Assembly (NCBI GenBank): GCA_003349885.1
Contig: QFXC01000011.1
Coordinates: 517,355 to 581,354 of the forward strand
Length of the DNA: 64,000 nucleotides
Direction: 5' to 3'
Origin: an endosymbiont of Galathealinum brachiosum
GTDB lineage: Bacteria; Pseudomonadota; Gammaproteobacteria; SZUA-229
Part shown: in pieces, positions 37,166 to 47,686 of the stretch
Position numbering within the stretch: the first letter of the stretch is position 1
Layout of the letters: each line of letters opens with the position of its first letter
Notes under the pieces: generated by a model
Told to the model about the DNA's origin: nothing
The model's input: only the letters and a program-made list of their open reading frames with translations
Database searches by the model: none
Made by a program: the position numbers and the translations under genes

Positions 37166-38671
37166 CTAAGACATAAACCGATCTAACGAACGATAAGAAA
37201 TTGCTTCAGTTAAGTGTTTTGCGTTAATTGTTTTTTCATTTTCCAGATCTGCAATTGTTCTGCTCATACGCAAAATTCTATGATAAGCACGAGCAGATAG
37301 TTTTAATTTTTCCATGGCGCTATCGAGAAGTTTTGTTTCGTTTGAGTTTAAATCGCAAAACTCATCGGTTTCTCGACTGGTTAATTCCGCATTAGGCTTT
37401 CCGCATCGTTTTAACTGTTTTTCAAATGCAGAAATTACACGCTGTTTTATTTTGGAACTCGTTTCATTATTATTTGTTTTTTCAGATAAAACTTTTCTAT
37501 CAATTGCAGGCACTTCAATATGAATATCAATGCGATCAAGCAGAGGAGCAGAAATTCTGGAGCGGTGTTTTAATTGTTGTTCATGGGTGCATTGGCATAA
37601 TGATTTCCCATCACAGTTATAACCCTGGGGGCAGGGATTCATTGCTGCAACTAACTGAAAACGAGCAGGGAACTCAGCTTGTCTTGCGGCTCTTGAAATA
37701 GTGATGCTTCCCGTTTCTAAAGGTTCACGTAAAACATCAAGGCTGTGCCTGTCAAATTCAGTTAGTTCATCTAGAAAAAGAACCCCATTATGTGCCAGAG
37801 AAATTTCACCAGGTTTAGGGTTAGATCCTCCACCAACTAACGCAACCCCTGATGCTGTGTGATGGGGTGCGCGAAAAGGTCGCTGCCCCCATTCATTTAT
37901 ATTAAAACCCTGATGGCTTATAGATTTAATCGCCGCGCTATCAATTGCCTGTTGTTCAGTTAAGGGAGGGAGCAAACTTGATAATCGAGATGCAAGCATA
38001 GTTTTACCAGTGCCTGGAGGACCAACCATCAGTAGATTATGTCTTCCAGCGGCTGCAATTTCTAAAGCTCTTTTTGCACGGTGCTGGCCTTTTACATCTT
38101 TAAGATCAAGAATGTGAGTTTCATTTTTGTAGAGTTGAATTTTTGGGCGTTGCAAGTCCTCCTGTTGATGCAGGTACCTGCAAATGTCTAATAAATATCT
38201 GGCCTGATAGATGTCTGCATCTTTAATCAGTGAGGCAATTTCAGCAGATTTATCAGGTAGTATTAAAGTATGCTTTAGTTTTTTTGCACCTATGGCAACA
38301 GGTAGTGCGCCACTTACCGGTCGAAGTTCACCACTTAGTGCTAATTCACCATGAAATTCAAATTGCTGTAATGATTCAACGGGAATTTGTTTTGAGGCGG
38401 CCAGAATGCCAATTGCAATGGGTAAATCATAACGGCCTCCATCTTTAGGTAAATCAGCAGGTGCAAGATTGACCGTAATTCGTTGCATGGGAAAATCAAA
38501 GCCAGAATTTATAATGGCAGCACGAACCCTGTCTTTACTTTCTCGAACGGCGGCTTCAGGTAAGCCAACGATAGATAAAGACGGCAACCCACTTGAAATA
38601 TGAACTTCTACACTAACTGAAAGTGATGATACGCCGTTGAGGGCCTGAGTATTGATAGAAGCGTAAGACAT
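37166..38671 (-). CDS. comM: YifB/ComM family Mg-chelatase-like AAA+ ATPase
   Basis: 501 aa. N-terminal Lon-like domain (VEVHISSGLPSLSIVGLPEAAVRESKDRVRAAI), Walker A GPPGTGKTM and a C-terminal ComM domain. Confidence 0.85.
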   Translation of the reverse strand: MSYASINTQALNGVSSLSVSVEVHISSGLPSLSIVGLPEAAVRESKDRVRAAIINSGFDFPMQRITVNLAPADLPKDGGRYDLPIAIGILAASKQIPVESLQQFEFHGELALSGELRPVSGALPVAIGAKKLKHTLILPDKSAEIASLIKDADIYQARYLLDICRYLHQQEDLQRPKIQLYKNETHILDLKDVKGQHRAKRALEIAAAGRHNLLMVGPPGTGKTMLASRLSSLLPPLTEQQAIDSAAIKSISHQGFNINEWGQRPFRAPHHTASGVALVGGGSNPKPGEISLAHNGVLFLDELTEFDRHSLDVLREPLETGSITISRAARQAEFPARFQLVAAMNPCPQGYNCDGKSLCQCTHEQQLKHRSRISAPLLDRIDIHIEVPAIDRKVLSEKTNNNETSSKIKQRVISAFEKQLKRCGKPNAELTSRETDEFCDLNSNETKLLDSAMEKLKLSARAYHRILRMSRTIADLENEKTINAKHLTEAISYRSLDRFMS

Positions 38672-38775
38672 GGATTCCTTTCCTGATGTAATTTAATTGT
38701 AGTGTGAAGAGCGCACTTAAGGTATTAACATTCTCCGTCCCTCATTGAATGTTAATTCTGCACTTCAATAATTAT

Positions 38776-39009
38776 TTATTCTAAATCTTCAACCTTCTTT
38801 TCTAAATCTTTTAACTGTTTAAGTGTACGTTCCAGTAACGCAGTTTGTACATCAAACTCTTCCCGGCTAACCAGGTTCATCTGACGTAAGCTGGATTCAA
38901 GAATAGCCTTCATATTACTTTTCACATCAGATTGCAGGGTTTTAAAGTTGTCAGGTATGGCAGAAGACAGCTTGTCTGCAAGGTCATTCAGGTTTTGATT
39001 GTTGATCAT
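38776..39009 (-). CDS. ubiK: ubiquinone biosynthesis accessory factor UbiK (YqiC/BMFP family)
   Basis: 77 aa. LVSREEFDVQTALLERTLKQLKDLEKKVEDLE matches the E. coli YqiC C-terminus. Confidence 0.7.
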   Translation of the reverse strand: MINNQNLNDLADKLSSAIPDNFKTLQSDVKSNMKAILESSLRQMNLVSREEFDVQTALLERTLKQLKDLEKKVEDLE

Positions 39010-39055
39010 TGCTTGGTCCGGCTAAAAATGTGTCTTTAGTTTACATTAAATATTA

Positions 39056-39072
39056 TGCACCTGCTTTGTGCA
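39056..39072 (+). promoter_or_regulatory. candidate NtrC binding site (enhancer)
   Basis: TGCACCtgcttTGTGCA against the consensus TGCACCAnnnTGGTGCA (12 of 14 specified positions). It lies ~145 bp upstream of the sigma-54 promoter. A weaker half-site GCACCA is at 39080. Confidence 0.45.
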
Positions 39073-39200
39073 AAATTGAGCACCAAAATAGAGCGCATTA
39101 AAATTATATGGTTCATTTTAGTGCATTCAAAGGGTTGGAAAATAACATCATGTATATTAGAAATGGCTGTAACTATATGTTTTTAAAGATTAACTTGTAG

Positions 39201-39217
39201 TTGGCACGTCTGCTGCT
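39201..39217 (+). promoter_or_regulatory. sigma-54 (-24/-12) promoter for the torF-like-glnK-amtB transcription unit
   Basis: TTGGCACgtctgctGCt: GG and GC separated by exactly 10 nt, TGGCAC perfect. ~50 bp upstream of the ATG at 39266. Confidence 0.65.
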
Positions 39218-39265
39218 GTGTACTCTGTCACATTTTGTAATTAATGCTTTTAACAAACTAGGGTC

Positions 39266-39937
39266 TTGAACATGAAAAAATTAAACTTATTAGCACTTAG
39301 TGCAGCAGTAGCTGGTGCACTGGTAAGCGGTACAGCAGCAGCTGACCTAACAGGCAACATTGGTCTTTCTAATAATTATTTATGGCGTGGTGTTACCCAG
39401 ACAGGCGATTCTGCAGCAATTAGTGGTGGAATTGATTATTCAAATGAATCGGGTGTTTATGCCGGTGTTTGGGTAGCTAATATTGATGATTTTGATAGTG
39501 ACCCTGTAACAGGTTCTGCCTATGAAATGGATTTATATGCAGGTTATGCAGGAGAAGCTGGTTCTATTGGATATGATGTAGGTTTTATCACTTATCAATA
39601 CCCACTATCAACAGACGTTAATTTTACTGAAGTTTATGTTGGTGTAGATGTTGTTGGTTTAGAGCTTGATGTTGCATTTACGGTTGATACGGATGCAGGC
39701 GGTGATGATGCTGATATTTATGCGTCTGTAGGTTATTCGTTTGATTTAGGTAATGATCTGAGTTTAGGTCTTTTATACGGCAACTATGCATTTGATGCCG
39801 CTGGATCTGAAGACTATAGCCATTATTCAGCTTCTTTAGGTAAGGGTGATTTCTCTTTTGCGCTTGAAGCAAATGATACTGATGCTGATGACGATATGCG
39901 CGTTGTTGTTGCATGGGGTCAGGAATTCGAACTTTAA
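39266..39937 (+). CDS. TorF-family putative outer-membrane porin (commonly linked to glnK-amtB)
   Basis: Signal peptide, then Gly/Asp/Tyr-rich beta-strand sequence (LSNNYLWRGVTQTGD...) ending ...WGQEFEL. Resembles the TorF-like proteobacterial porin family. Confidence 0.55.
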   Translation: MNMKKLNLLALSAAVAGALVSGTAAADLTGNIGLSNNYLWRGVTQTGDSAAISGGIDYSNESGVYAGVWVANIDDFDSDPVTGSAYEMDLYAGYAGEAGSIGYDVGFITYQYPLSTDVNFTEVYVGVDVVGLELDVAFTVDTDAGGDDADIYASVGYSFDLGNDLSLGLLYGNYAFDAAGSEDYSHYSASLGKGDFSFALEANDTDADDDMRVVVAWGQEFEL

Positions 39938-40003
39938 TTTAATATAGGCAAGCGTAAATCGCTTGCCTTTTTTGCCTGTTATACAGGCTTCTTCTGGAGA
40001 TGA

Positions 40004-40345
<342 letters not shown>

Positions 40346-40363
40346 TTATTGAGGGTATAAACA

Positions 40364-41632
40364 GTGGAAAATCAAATTTTCGAACTTCAATATGCAATGG
40401 ATACCTTTTACTTTTTGGTGTGCGGTGCATTAGTAATGTGGATGGCAGCTGGCTTTGCAATGTTAGAAGCGGGTTTAGTTCGTTCAAAAAATACAACAGA
40501 AATTTTAACCAAGAACGTAGCATTGTTCGCGATTTCATGTGTTATGTACATGGTATCAGGTTATGCAATTATGTATGACGGTGGTTACTTCCTTGCGGGT
40601 ATTGCAGGTGGTGATTCATTAGTTAAAGATGCTCTGGCGTCTTCAGCTGAAAATGGTTTTGGTGGTGATTCAGTTTATTCTGGTGCTTCTGACTTCTTCT
40701 TCCAGGTGGTTTTCGTTGCTACGGCAATGTCTATTGTCTCTGGTGCAGTAGCTGAACGTATGAAGTTATGGGCATTCCTTGCGTTTGCAGTTGTTATGAC
40801 TGGCTTTATCTATCCGATGGAAGGTTCATGGACATGGGGTGGCGCTTCTGTATTCGGTATGTTTACACTGGGCGATCAAGGCTTCTCTGACTTTGCAGGT
40901 TCTGGCATTGTTCATATGGCAGGTGCAACAGCCGCTCTAGCGGGTGTATTGTTATTAGGTGCACGTAAAGGCAAATATGGTGCAAATGGTCAGATACACC
41001 CGATTCCAGGTGCAAACTTACCAATGGCTACACTAGGTACATTCATATTATGGATGGGCTGGTTCGGTTTCAATGGTGGTTCAGTTCTGAAGCTAGGTGA
41101 TATCGCAAGTGCTAACTCTGTAGCGATGGTATTTTTAAATACTAATGCAGCAGCAGCGGGTGGTGCATTAGCAGCATTAGTGGCAGCACGTTTACTGTTT
41201 GGTAAAGCTGATTTAACAATGCTGTTAAACGGTGCGTTAGCAGGTCTGGTTGCAATTACGGCAGAGCCTTCTACGCCAACAGCATTGCAGGCAACTATGT
41301 TTGGTGCGATCGGTGGTGTACTGGTTGTATTTAGTATTATTGCACTGGATAAGATGAAAATTGATGACCCTGTTGGTGCAATCTCTGTTCACGGAACATG
41401 TGGTTTATTAGGTCTTTTATTAGTGCCTATTACAAACCCAGAAGGTGCAACATTTGCGGGTCAGTTATTAGGTGCAGCAACTATCTTTATCTGGGTATTT
41501 GGTACAAGCTTCGCAGTATGGATGGCCATTAAAGTTGTTATGGGTATTCGTGTAAGTGAAGAAGATGAATACGAAGGTATGGATCTGGTTGACTGTGGTA
41601 TGGAAGCCTACCCTGAATTTACGACCAAATAG
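40364..41632 (+). CDS. amtB: ammonium transporter AmtB
   Basis: 422 aa multi-TM protein of the Amt family. Classic glnK-amtB pair. Confidence 0.9.
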   Translation: MENQIFELQYAMDTFYFLVCGALVMWMAAGFAMLEAGLVRSKNTTEILTKNVALFAISCVMYMVSGYAIMYDGGYFLAGIAGGDSLVKDALASSAENGFGGDSVYSGASDFFFQVVFVATAMSIVSGAVAERMKLWAFLAFAVVMTGFIYPMEGSWTWGGASVFGMFTLGDQGFSDFAGSGIVHMAGATAALAGVLLLGARKGKYGANGQIHPIPGANLPMATLGTFILWMGWFGFNGGSVLKLGDIASANSVAMVFLNTNAAAAGGALAALVAARLLFGKADLTMLLNGALAGLVAITAEPSTPTALQATMFGAIGGVLVVFSIIALDKMKIDDPVGAISVHGTCGLLGLLLVPITNPEGATFAGQLLGAATIFIWVFGTSFAVWMAIKVVMGIRVSEEDEYEGMDLVDCGMEAYPEFTTK

Positions 41633-41682
41633 CGTGGTTGATAAATACCAGTAGTTTAGACTCCTGCTGGATTGTGGTTGAA

Positions 41683-41712
41683 GCCGGTGCAATTGCACCG
41701 GCTTCTTTTTTT
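41683..41712 (+). terminator. rho-independent terminator after amtB
   Basis: gccggtgcaattgcaccggc followed by ttcttttttt. Confidence 0.85.
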
Positions 41713-41763
41713 GTGAAAAATATATATAATTTAAAATTACTGCTAAATTCAAAATAAATAATT

Positions 41764-42201
41764 ATGATAAAAAATACTGTGGCTATTCTATTGCTTGTAT
41801 ATTCCTGCTTTACGAATGCAGAAATATATAAATGGGTAGATGAGCAAGGAAGAACGCATTATGAGGATAAACCTGTTGGTAATGCTAAAGAGATGGAAAT
41901 AAATACAGAAAAACAGGGGCATATTAAAGTAAACAAAGAAAGAGAATTAAAGCAGCAGAGATTATTAGAAACATATGAAGATGATCTGCAGAGAAAAAAT
42001 GAAGAGATAGCTAGAAAGAAGAAAAAGAAGAAAAAACTGGCGCGAGAATGTTATCAGGCAAAAAACAGATTGAAACATTACGAAAGAGCAAGCTCACTGT
42101 ATGATCTGGATAAGAATGGAAAGAGGATCACAATGTCAAATATTGAAAGAGAGAAAGCAACCGCAGTATTACGAAATAAAATAAAGAAGAGCTGTAAGTA
42201 A
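41764..42201 (+). CDS. DUF4124 domain secreted protein
   Basis: Signal peptide plus the IYKWVDEQGRTHYEDKP motif typical of DUF4124. Lys-rich coiled-coil tail. Confidence 0.6.
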   Translation: MIKNTVAILLLVYSCFTNAEIYKWVDEQGRTHYEDKPVGNAKEMEINTEKQGHIKVNKERELKQQRLLETYEDDLQRKNEEIARKKKKKKKLARECYQAKNRLKHYERASSLYDLDKNGKRITMSNIEREKATAVLRNKIKKSCK

Positions 42202-42259
42202 TATAAAAGAAGTGGGTACGTTTTTGATTAAGGTCTACACGCTATTATTTAGCGCATTA

Positions 42260-43288
42260 TCAACCAATTTTCTGAAACTGTGTCTTAGATGAAGGTTTGG
42301 TAAATAAATTGTCATGCTTGTAAACTTTTGATAATCCTCGATTAAGTTCTTCTACAAATTCATTTAAGTTCTTTTCAAGTTTTTTAATACCATTTCGATT
42401 TACGAAAATTAACACATCAGAATCCAGTTTAATTAATGAAAGGCGCAATCTGCGTGGCGGCGTAACATCGTCGATATAAATTTCACACCAGATACCAGGC
42501 TTAATTGAAGGTGGTAGAGAGCAACTGTTTGAGAGCGGAGATTTCTGTGTGTTTCCTGACGTTTTATCACTAGAAAAAGAAGATGTTTTCAGGATGGTAT
42601 TGTAGTGCCCTATTAAAGATTTAATCTCGGTCTCTACTTTATCTTCCTGATGATAAAGCAATAACATATTGTTATTGCTTCGTGCAATGTTCATGTAATT
42701 TTCTTTTATATGAATATACTGGTTTGTATCGGCAAGGGGTTGAATAGAAGATAGCAACTCTTTATACATATTAATAGCGTTAATCCATTGAGCGCTAGTT
42801 TCTCCATGGGACTTTAATAATTTAAATAAAGCAATAGGCCATAATTTTAAAATAAGGCCCTGGCAGGGCTTTGGTATGTCATGGTTCAGAATGCAGCTTT
42901 TTATTTTATTGTTTAATATTTTCTTGGAAGTTAATGTTTGATTATCACGACTTGTTTGTAATAAAGTGATTAGTTTTTTAAGCTGAATATTTGCTATAGA
43001 AAATTTATTTACATCAGGTGCTGGTACGTGAAGTTCAGATAAAATAATGTCAATTTTACGGATTATAGATGTATTGTTTTTAGATAAAGCGGATAATTTT
43101 TTTGCAATAAATAAAGTGCGTCTCGCAGGGTGCTTCGGGTTATTGCTGAAATTAGAGTCGGATAAACTAATTTTGTGCATAGGTAGTTGTAATCGCAGTA
43201 GCGATATTTTCAAATCTGCAGGCATGGTTGGATCGCAGCTGACTGTATTGAATAATCGTTCAATAAGTTCAGAGTTTTTTTCAGTCAT
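42260..43288 (-). CDS. truncated paralog of the downstream DUF1631-like protein (C-terminal ~340 aa only)
   Basis: Shares the LLRLQLP block and the C-terminal block (KPGIWCEIYIDD...RRLRLSLIKLD..LIFVNRNGIKKLEKNLNEFVEEL) with the 789-aa neighbour. Confidence 0.5.
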   Translation of the reverse strand: MTEKNSELIERLFNTVSCDPTMPADLKISLLRLQLPMHKISLSDSNFSNNPKHPARRTLFIAKKLSALSKNNTSIIRKIDIILSELHVPAPDVNKFSIANIQLKKLITLLQTSRDNQTLTSKKILNNKIKSCILNHDIPKPCQGLILKLWPIALFKLLKSHGETSAQWINAINMYKELLSSIQPLADTNQYIHIKENYMNIARSNNNMLLLYHQEDKVETEIKSLIGHYNTILKTSSFSSDKTSGNTQKSPLSNSCSLPPSIKPGIWCEIYIDDVTPPRRLRLSLIKLDSDVLIFVNRNGIKKLEKNLNEFVEELNRGLSKVYKHDNLFTKPSSKTQFQKIG

Positions 43289-43484
43289 AATTCTGTAACC
43301 GTCATAAAGTTCCCGAAGACTAAAATAATTCTTAAGGGTTAATGCTCATGGATGACATCCATGCCAGTCAAATGGGCACACAAAAATGCAGAATCATCCC
43401 GCATTATCAGGGTTGAAATATACAGTCAAAGGTTAAAATAACCTGAACTGATAATTTCATTTTATATTTTGCTCATTTTAAGGT

Positions 43485-45854
43485 TTAAACGGTTACGGAT
43501 AGTGAGTTAATGACCATGCCAAGAGCATGATCGAAAGCAGAATGGTCGGCTATAATTTGCGATTCATTAGAACGTAACTCACTGGTAAATATTTCAGCGT
43601 CTTTTTCTATGACTTTAATGCCGACTCTATCAACAAAAATCAACTTGGCTTCTTCCATTATAATGACTGATAATTTAACACGTCGTGCTGCAGATTCTTC
43701 GCCATTGTAAACTTTAAACCAGACGCCAGGTCGTACTTCATGAGGAAGATTGGCAATTTTTTCGCGAGCAACATTGATCTGCTCAAGGAGGGGGTCAACT
43801 ATCTCTTCTTCAATTTCCAATATTGGCTCAGACATAGAGTAAAAATCATCTATTTCATTGTCTGCTTCATTGACAGAAACAAAGTAGGAGTTATGGTCAG
43901 ACGTGTTTTCGGGATTGAAAGCACTTTCATTGAGCGTGCTTTCAAAGGTTAAAAATACATTATTAACTTCAGTTTCGATATCAACCGGATTTTGTTTTGT
44001 GTTTAGTAGGTTGGTGTGAATGGCATCGAGAGCATCATCTTTCTCAGTAGATAAAGTATTGTATGCCTGCGATGATTCGACAGGCTGTAATAATTTGATC
44101 AGGTTGTTTACTATGTGTACAGAGTCGCGCCAGTCGTCACTATTCTTGCCGTACTTTATGTACCGGTGATACATAAGTGTTGACCAGAATTTAAGGACTA
44201 ATTTTTGTGAAATTTTAGGCAAGGTTTTATTTGTTACAAGGTGTTTCAGCTCTGCAAGAACGACTTCGCGAGCATGTTTTTGCAAGACTGATTTTTGAGT
44301 TTCTTTTTCTTCTTTAGCGGTTATTTGTAGCTCATCAAGCTCAATGGATTCTAACTGCGTTGTGGAATTTTCGAAGCTATTAATGTCAATATCAAAATCA
44401 TTCAATAGCATTTCAACAACATCGTTTAATCTGGAAAAGAGAGAGTCATCTCTTGAAGTGAGGCCGCGACCAAGATGTGCTATAAGGTTAAGTGTAGCTC
44501 TGCATGGGTGTTCACCATCTGCAAAAAAGGTTTTGTCTAACATGGCTACTTTTATTACGGGTATTTGTAATCTAAGTAACAAGTTTGTAACGGGTTCTGA
44601 AATACTGATGTCTTCAGTAATGGCGTCAAATAACATTTCAATGAAGTCGATGGTTTTTTCATCAACCTGATTGACCTGTTTAGTGATAGCTCCACCACTG
44701 CGACTTCCCATGTCGGCTAACAGGGCTCGCTTGAAGTCGGCAGCATTTATCTGTTCTATAGGTTCGCTTGACTGTGAAACATTGTGTTGCAGGTTGGACA
44801 GTGCATTCATTACATCGCGGCGGTCATAATATTGCGTGCCAACTGAAGCGTGCGCATTATTTGTCGTTGTAAATGATGCTGGTATTCCTGGTCCAGAAGC
44901 GGTTAGTTCGCCATTTATAAATTGACTTATAACCTGATGCGGCTGTTGCTTTGTATTGTTTGATGAAGAATTGTAAATTTGACTTTGTTCAGAGCCTGTC
45001 GAATATGAAGACCCGGTGCCAGATGAATTGTAATTATAAGTGGAGCTCTGTGAGGCATTATAAGTCGGGTTTTCAATATAAACAGCATCTGTTTCTTTTG
45101 GTTGATCTACAGGCGCTACCTGTGCATTTATTTTAGACGATGTTTTATCTGTAGCATCCCCAAGTTTTATCTGAGGTAATATTCCCTGTTCTATGAATAG
45201 CTGATTTAAGTTTTTGTAAAGATCTTCCAGGTGTAAAATGACTTCCTGATCAAATAACTTATATAAAATTAATTTATTATTTGTTGAAAGTTCTATTTCA
45301 GATAGTGCGTCTTTAAATGATTCGCAAATGTTTTTAGGTTCAAGTGCATTCTTGATAAAAATATCGGAAGATTTAAGTGATAAAAATTCTATTCTGGCTT
45401 CAAGGTGACCAACAGCCTCGCCATATAAATTCATTGCTTTGGAGTGCATAGTGGATATGGCAACCATTTCCTCTAATTCGTCCTGATCAACAAGGCTTAG
45501 CTCATCTTCCTCGGTAGTATTTTGGTTGTTTTGGTTGTTTTGGTTATTGGCTGGTTGTAAGTATTCTTTTAAATTGACAGCGAAATTTTGCCCGATTTGT
45601 TGACGTTCAGTACGTAACATCCGCATCGTGTCAAAATACTGATTCTGGTCTTCGTTTGAATCCGCATTTTCGGCTAGCTGGAATAACATATCATCAGCAC
45701 CGTCAAACATACGACCCATTAATTCAGATAACTCCTCATTGAGGCAGTATGCAATTTTACTTTTTAACTGTTTGAGGTTTATCTCAGCAGTCTGCCCGGG
45801 TGTTCGGGATGTGTTGTTAAAGTTGTGTATGATCGCGCTCATGTATTTTTCCAT
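43485..45854 (-). CDS. DUF1631-like large cytoplasmic protein
   Basis: 789 aa. The N-terminal block ...LMGRMFDGADDMLFQLAENADSNEDQNQYFDTMRMLRTERQ resembles the DUF1631 family. Contains an NNQ repeat and a C-terminal RR...DRVGIK block. Confidence 0.5.
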   Translation of the reverse strand: MEKYMSAIIHNFNNTSRTPGQTAEINLKQLKSKIAYCLNEELSELMGRMFDGADDMLFQLAENADSNEDQNQYFDTMRMLRTERQQIGQNFAVNLKEYLQPANNQNNQNNQNTTEEDELSLVDQDELEEMVAISTMHSKAMNLYGEAVGHLEARIEFLSLKSSDIFIKNALEPKNICESFKDALSEIELSTNNKLILYKLFDQEVILHLEDLYKNLNQLFIEQGILPQIKLGDATDKTSSKINAQVAPVDQPKETDAVYIENPTYNASQSSTYNYNSSGTGSSYSTGSEQSQIYNSSSNNTKQQPHQVISQFINGELTASGPGIPASFTTTNNAHASVGTQYYDRRDVMNALSNLQHNVSQSSEPIEQINAADFKRALLADMGSRSGGAITKQVNQVDEKTIDFIEMLFDAITEDISISEPVTNLLLRLQIPVIKVAMLDKTFFADGEHPCRATLNLIAHLGRGLTSRDDSLFSRLNDVVEMLLNDFDIDINSFENSTTQLESIELDELQITAKEEKETQKSVLQKHAREVVLAELKHLVTNKTLPKISQKLVLKFWSTLMYHRYIKYGKNSDDWRDSVHIVNNLIKLLQPVESSQAYNTLSTEKDDALDAIHTNLLNTKQNPVDIETEVNNVFLTFESTLNESAFNPENTSDHNSYFVSVNEADNEIDDFYSMSEPILEIEEEIVDPLLEQINVAREKIANLPHEVRPGVWFKVYNGEESAARRVKLSVIIMEEAKLIFVDRVGIKVIEKDAEIFTSELRSNESQIIADHSAFDHALGMVINSLSVTV

Positions 45855-46235
45855 TCAGGAATTTAATTACATAATGGCACTATAGTTTCTAACCCAGAAA
45901 AAGCTTTTGGCTTGGTGTTAGTGCGCATCTTCTATAAAAGGGGTTAACCTTCCGATGCTTTTAACATTTGAGGCGTGTGGTGAATTAAGTATTGCACACC
46001 GTTACTTAATAATTTAGTTGCTTTTGCGGGTTTCTGTCGTGATCCTGTTCACAAAAGAGATAACCATATATCTAGCGGTCCAGTCGATAATTTTGACAGG
46101 ACAGTTTTATTTTAGTTCTATTTCTAGAGAATAGTAGTAGAAGCAGACAATAATGAGGTTATCGAAGATGAGAGGTTAAATCGTCATCTTTTTGAATCAT
46201 TAGAGCCCCTTGTGAGGCGCTCTAATGAGTGGCAG

Positions 46236-47099
46236 TTATACCCTGGGGCAGATAATGTCCAGCACCTCAGCGGCCTGTTCCCAGGCCTGCTCCATTACGT
46301 CGGGCAGGATTTTTAAATCCAGACCTGTTATTTCAAGAGATTTAGGTTCAAAACCTGGAAAATCATCGAGTAAGTGTTCATCTACTTCAATGTCAGGCCC
46401 CAGCGCGTTTACTACACAGTTTGCAATGTGCACAATAGAGGCCTCCATACGATAGTTTTTGGCTTTAAGGGGGGTATGGTGGTAGGCGACAACTTCTTTC
46501 AGGGTGTCTGATAGTTTCCAGGCTTCTATTAAAGCAGCACCAACGTCGCCATGGGTGAAGCCAATGATTTTTTGTTCTGAGCGAAATAACTGACCATCAG
46601 ATTCAGCTGCAGCAAGTAATACCTCTTGTGATAACGCAGGTTCTTTAAAGTATAAAATTAGCTTACCAATGTCATGTAGCATGCCGGCAACAAACAGACG
46701 TTCACCGTGTAAAATATTGCAGTGTTTAGATAGCAGTCGTGAAACAATGCCTGTGTGTACGCTATGTCGCCAGAATAAATCTATATCAACCAACTGGTTG
46801 GGGATCCGCTTGAATGTATCAACGGCTGATGTTGCCAGAACCAGATTACGTAGATCGTCTTCACCAATAACCGATACAGCCCGACTAACGAGTTCTATTT
46901 TTGCTCTGAGAGAGTAATAAGCGCTGTTAACAATGCGTAAAATGCGTGCGGTAAGAGCCGGGTCGTGGCTAATTATTTCACCGAGTTGTTTGGCGTTATG
47001 ATTTTGATCTTCAAGAATCTGGGAGACGCGAATATATATTTCAGGTAATGAAATAAGTTTGACGACGCCTTTTACGAGGTCTTCGGGCTTGCGAACCAT
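46236..47099 (-). CDS. HDOD domain signal-transduction protein
   Basis: LPEIYIRVSQILEDQNHNAKQLGEIISHDPALTARILRIVNSAYYSL plus a downstream HD-like region (MLHDIGKLIL). Confidence 0.75.
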   Translation of the reverse strand: MVRKPEDLVKGVVKLISLPEIYIRVSQILEDQNHNAKQLGEIISHDPALTARILRIVNSAYYSLRAKIELVSRAVSVIGEDDLRNLVLATSAVDTFKRIPNQLVDIDLFWRHSVHTGIVSRLLSKHCNILHGERLFVAGMLHDIGKLILYFKEPALSQEVLLAAAESDGQLFRSEQKIIGFTHGDVGAALIEAWKLSDTLKEVVAYHHTPLKAKNYRMEASIVHIANCVVNALGPDIEVDEHLLDDFPGFEPKSLEITGLDLKILPDVMEQAWEQAAEVLDIICPRV

Positions 47100-47119
47100 T
47101 GTTTTCCCTAAGTTTGAGC

Positions 47120-47142
47120 AAAAAAAACCACCCGTTCGGGTG
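47120..47142 (-). terminator. rho-independent terminator downstream of the FHA gene
   Basis: On the minus strand: cacccgaacgggtg followed by T8. Confidence 0.8.
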
Positions 47143-47235
47143 AGTTAGTAGTGAATAATGGCTTAAAATGCGTCGATTTTCTAGTTAACTATAAAAAAAA
47201 CATAAAAATAGGGTGAAAATATGTGTTTTTACAGG

Positions 47236-47502
47236 TTAGTGTGAAATTTCAGCTCTTGCGATAAGTTCTCTAACAGTGCAAACGTGCTCACCAAAAGACA
47301 GGGTTTGTTCTAGATTGATATAACCTTCTTTGAAGCGCTTGCGTTTTCCGTGATCCATCAAGTAAGTGCCGTTAGTGGAATCCAGATCTGTTAAATACAT
47401 TTGATCATTCAAAACAACTAACTCTGCATGACGTGAGCTTGTTGTTTTATCAAAAAGTTCTATATTGCCCCTGCGGCCAATAATATACGTCTTGTTTTCC
47501 AT
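47236..47502 (-). CDS. small standalone FHA-domain protein
   Basis: 88 aa with the signature GR...SSRHAELV...L.DLDSTNGTYL. Confidence 0.7.
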   Translation of the reverse strand: MENKTYIIGRRGNIELFDKTTSSRHAELVVLNDQMYLTDLDSTNGTYLMDHGKRKRFKEGYINLEQTLSFGEHVCTVRELIARAEISH

Positions 47503-47686
47503 TTTTATCCTTTGGAATCTCGCGATTCTCTTCGTTTATCATTTTTATCTGACTAATAGTTATAGAACAGATTCAATTAAGTTGCGTGATTTATATCACA
47601 ATGAAAGTAAAACAACTATGCCTTCCAGCCTTTATCACAGAAGGCCGACAGGTATATCAGAAAATCCTTACGTTGTTCCCTGAAAA

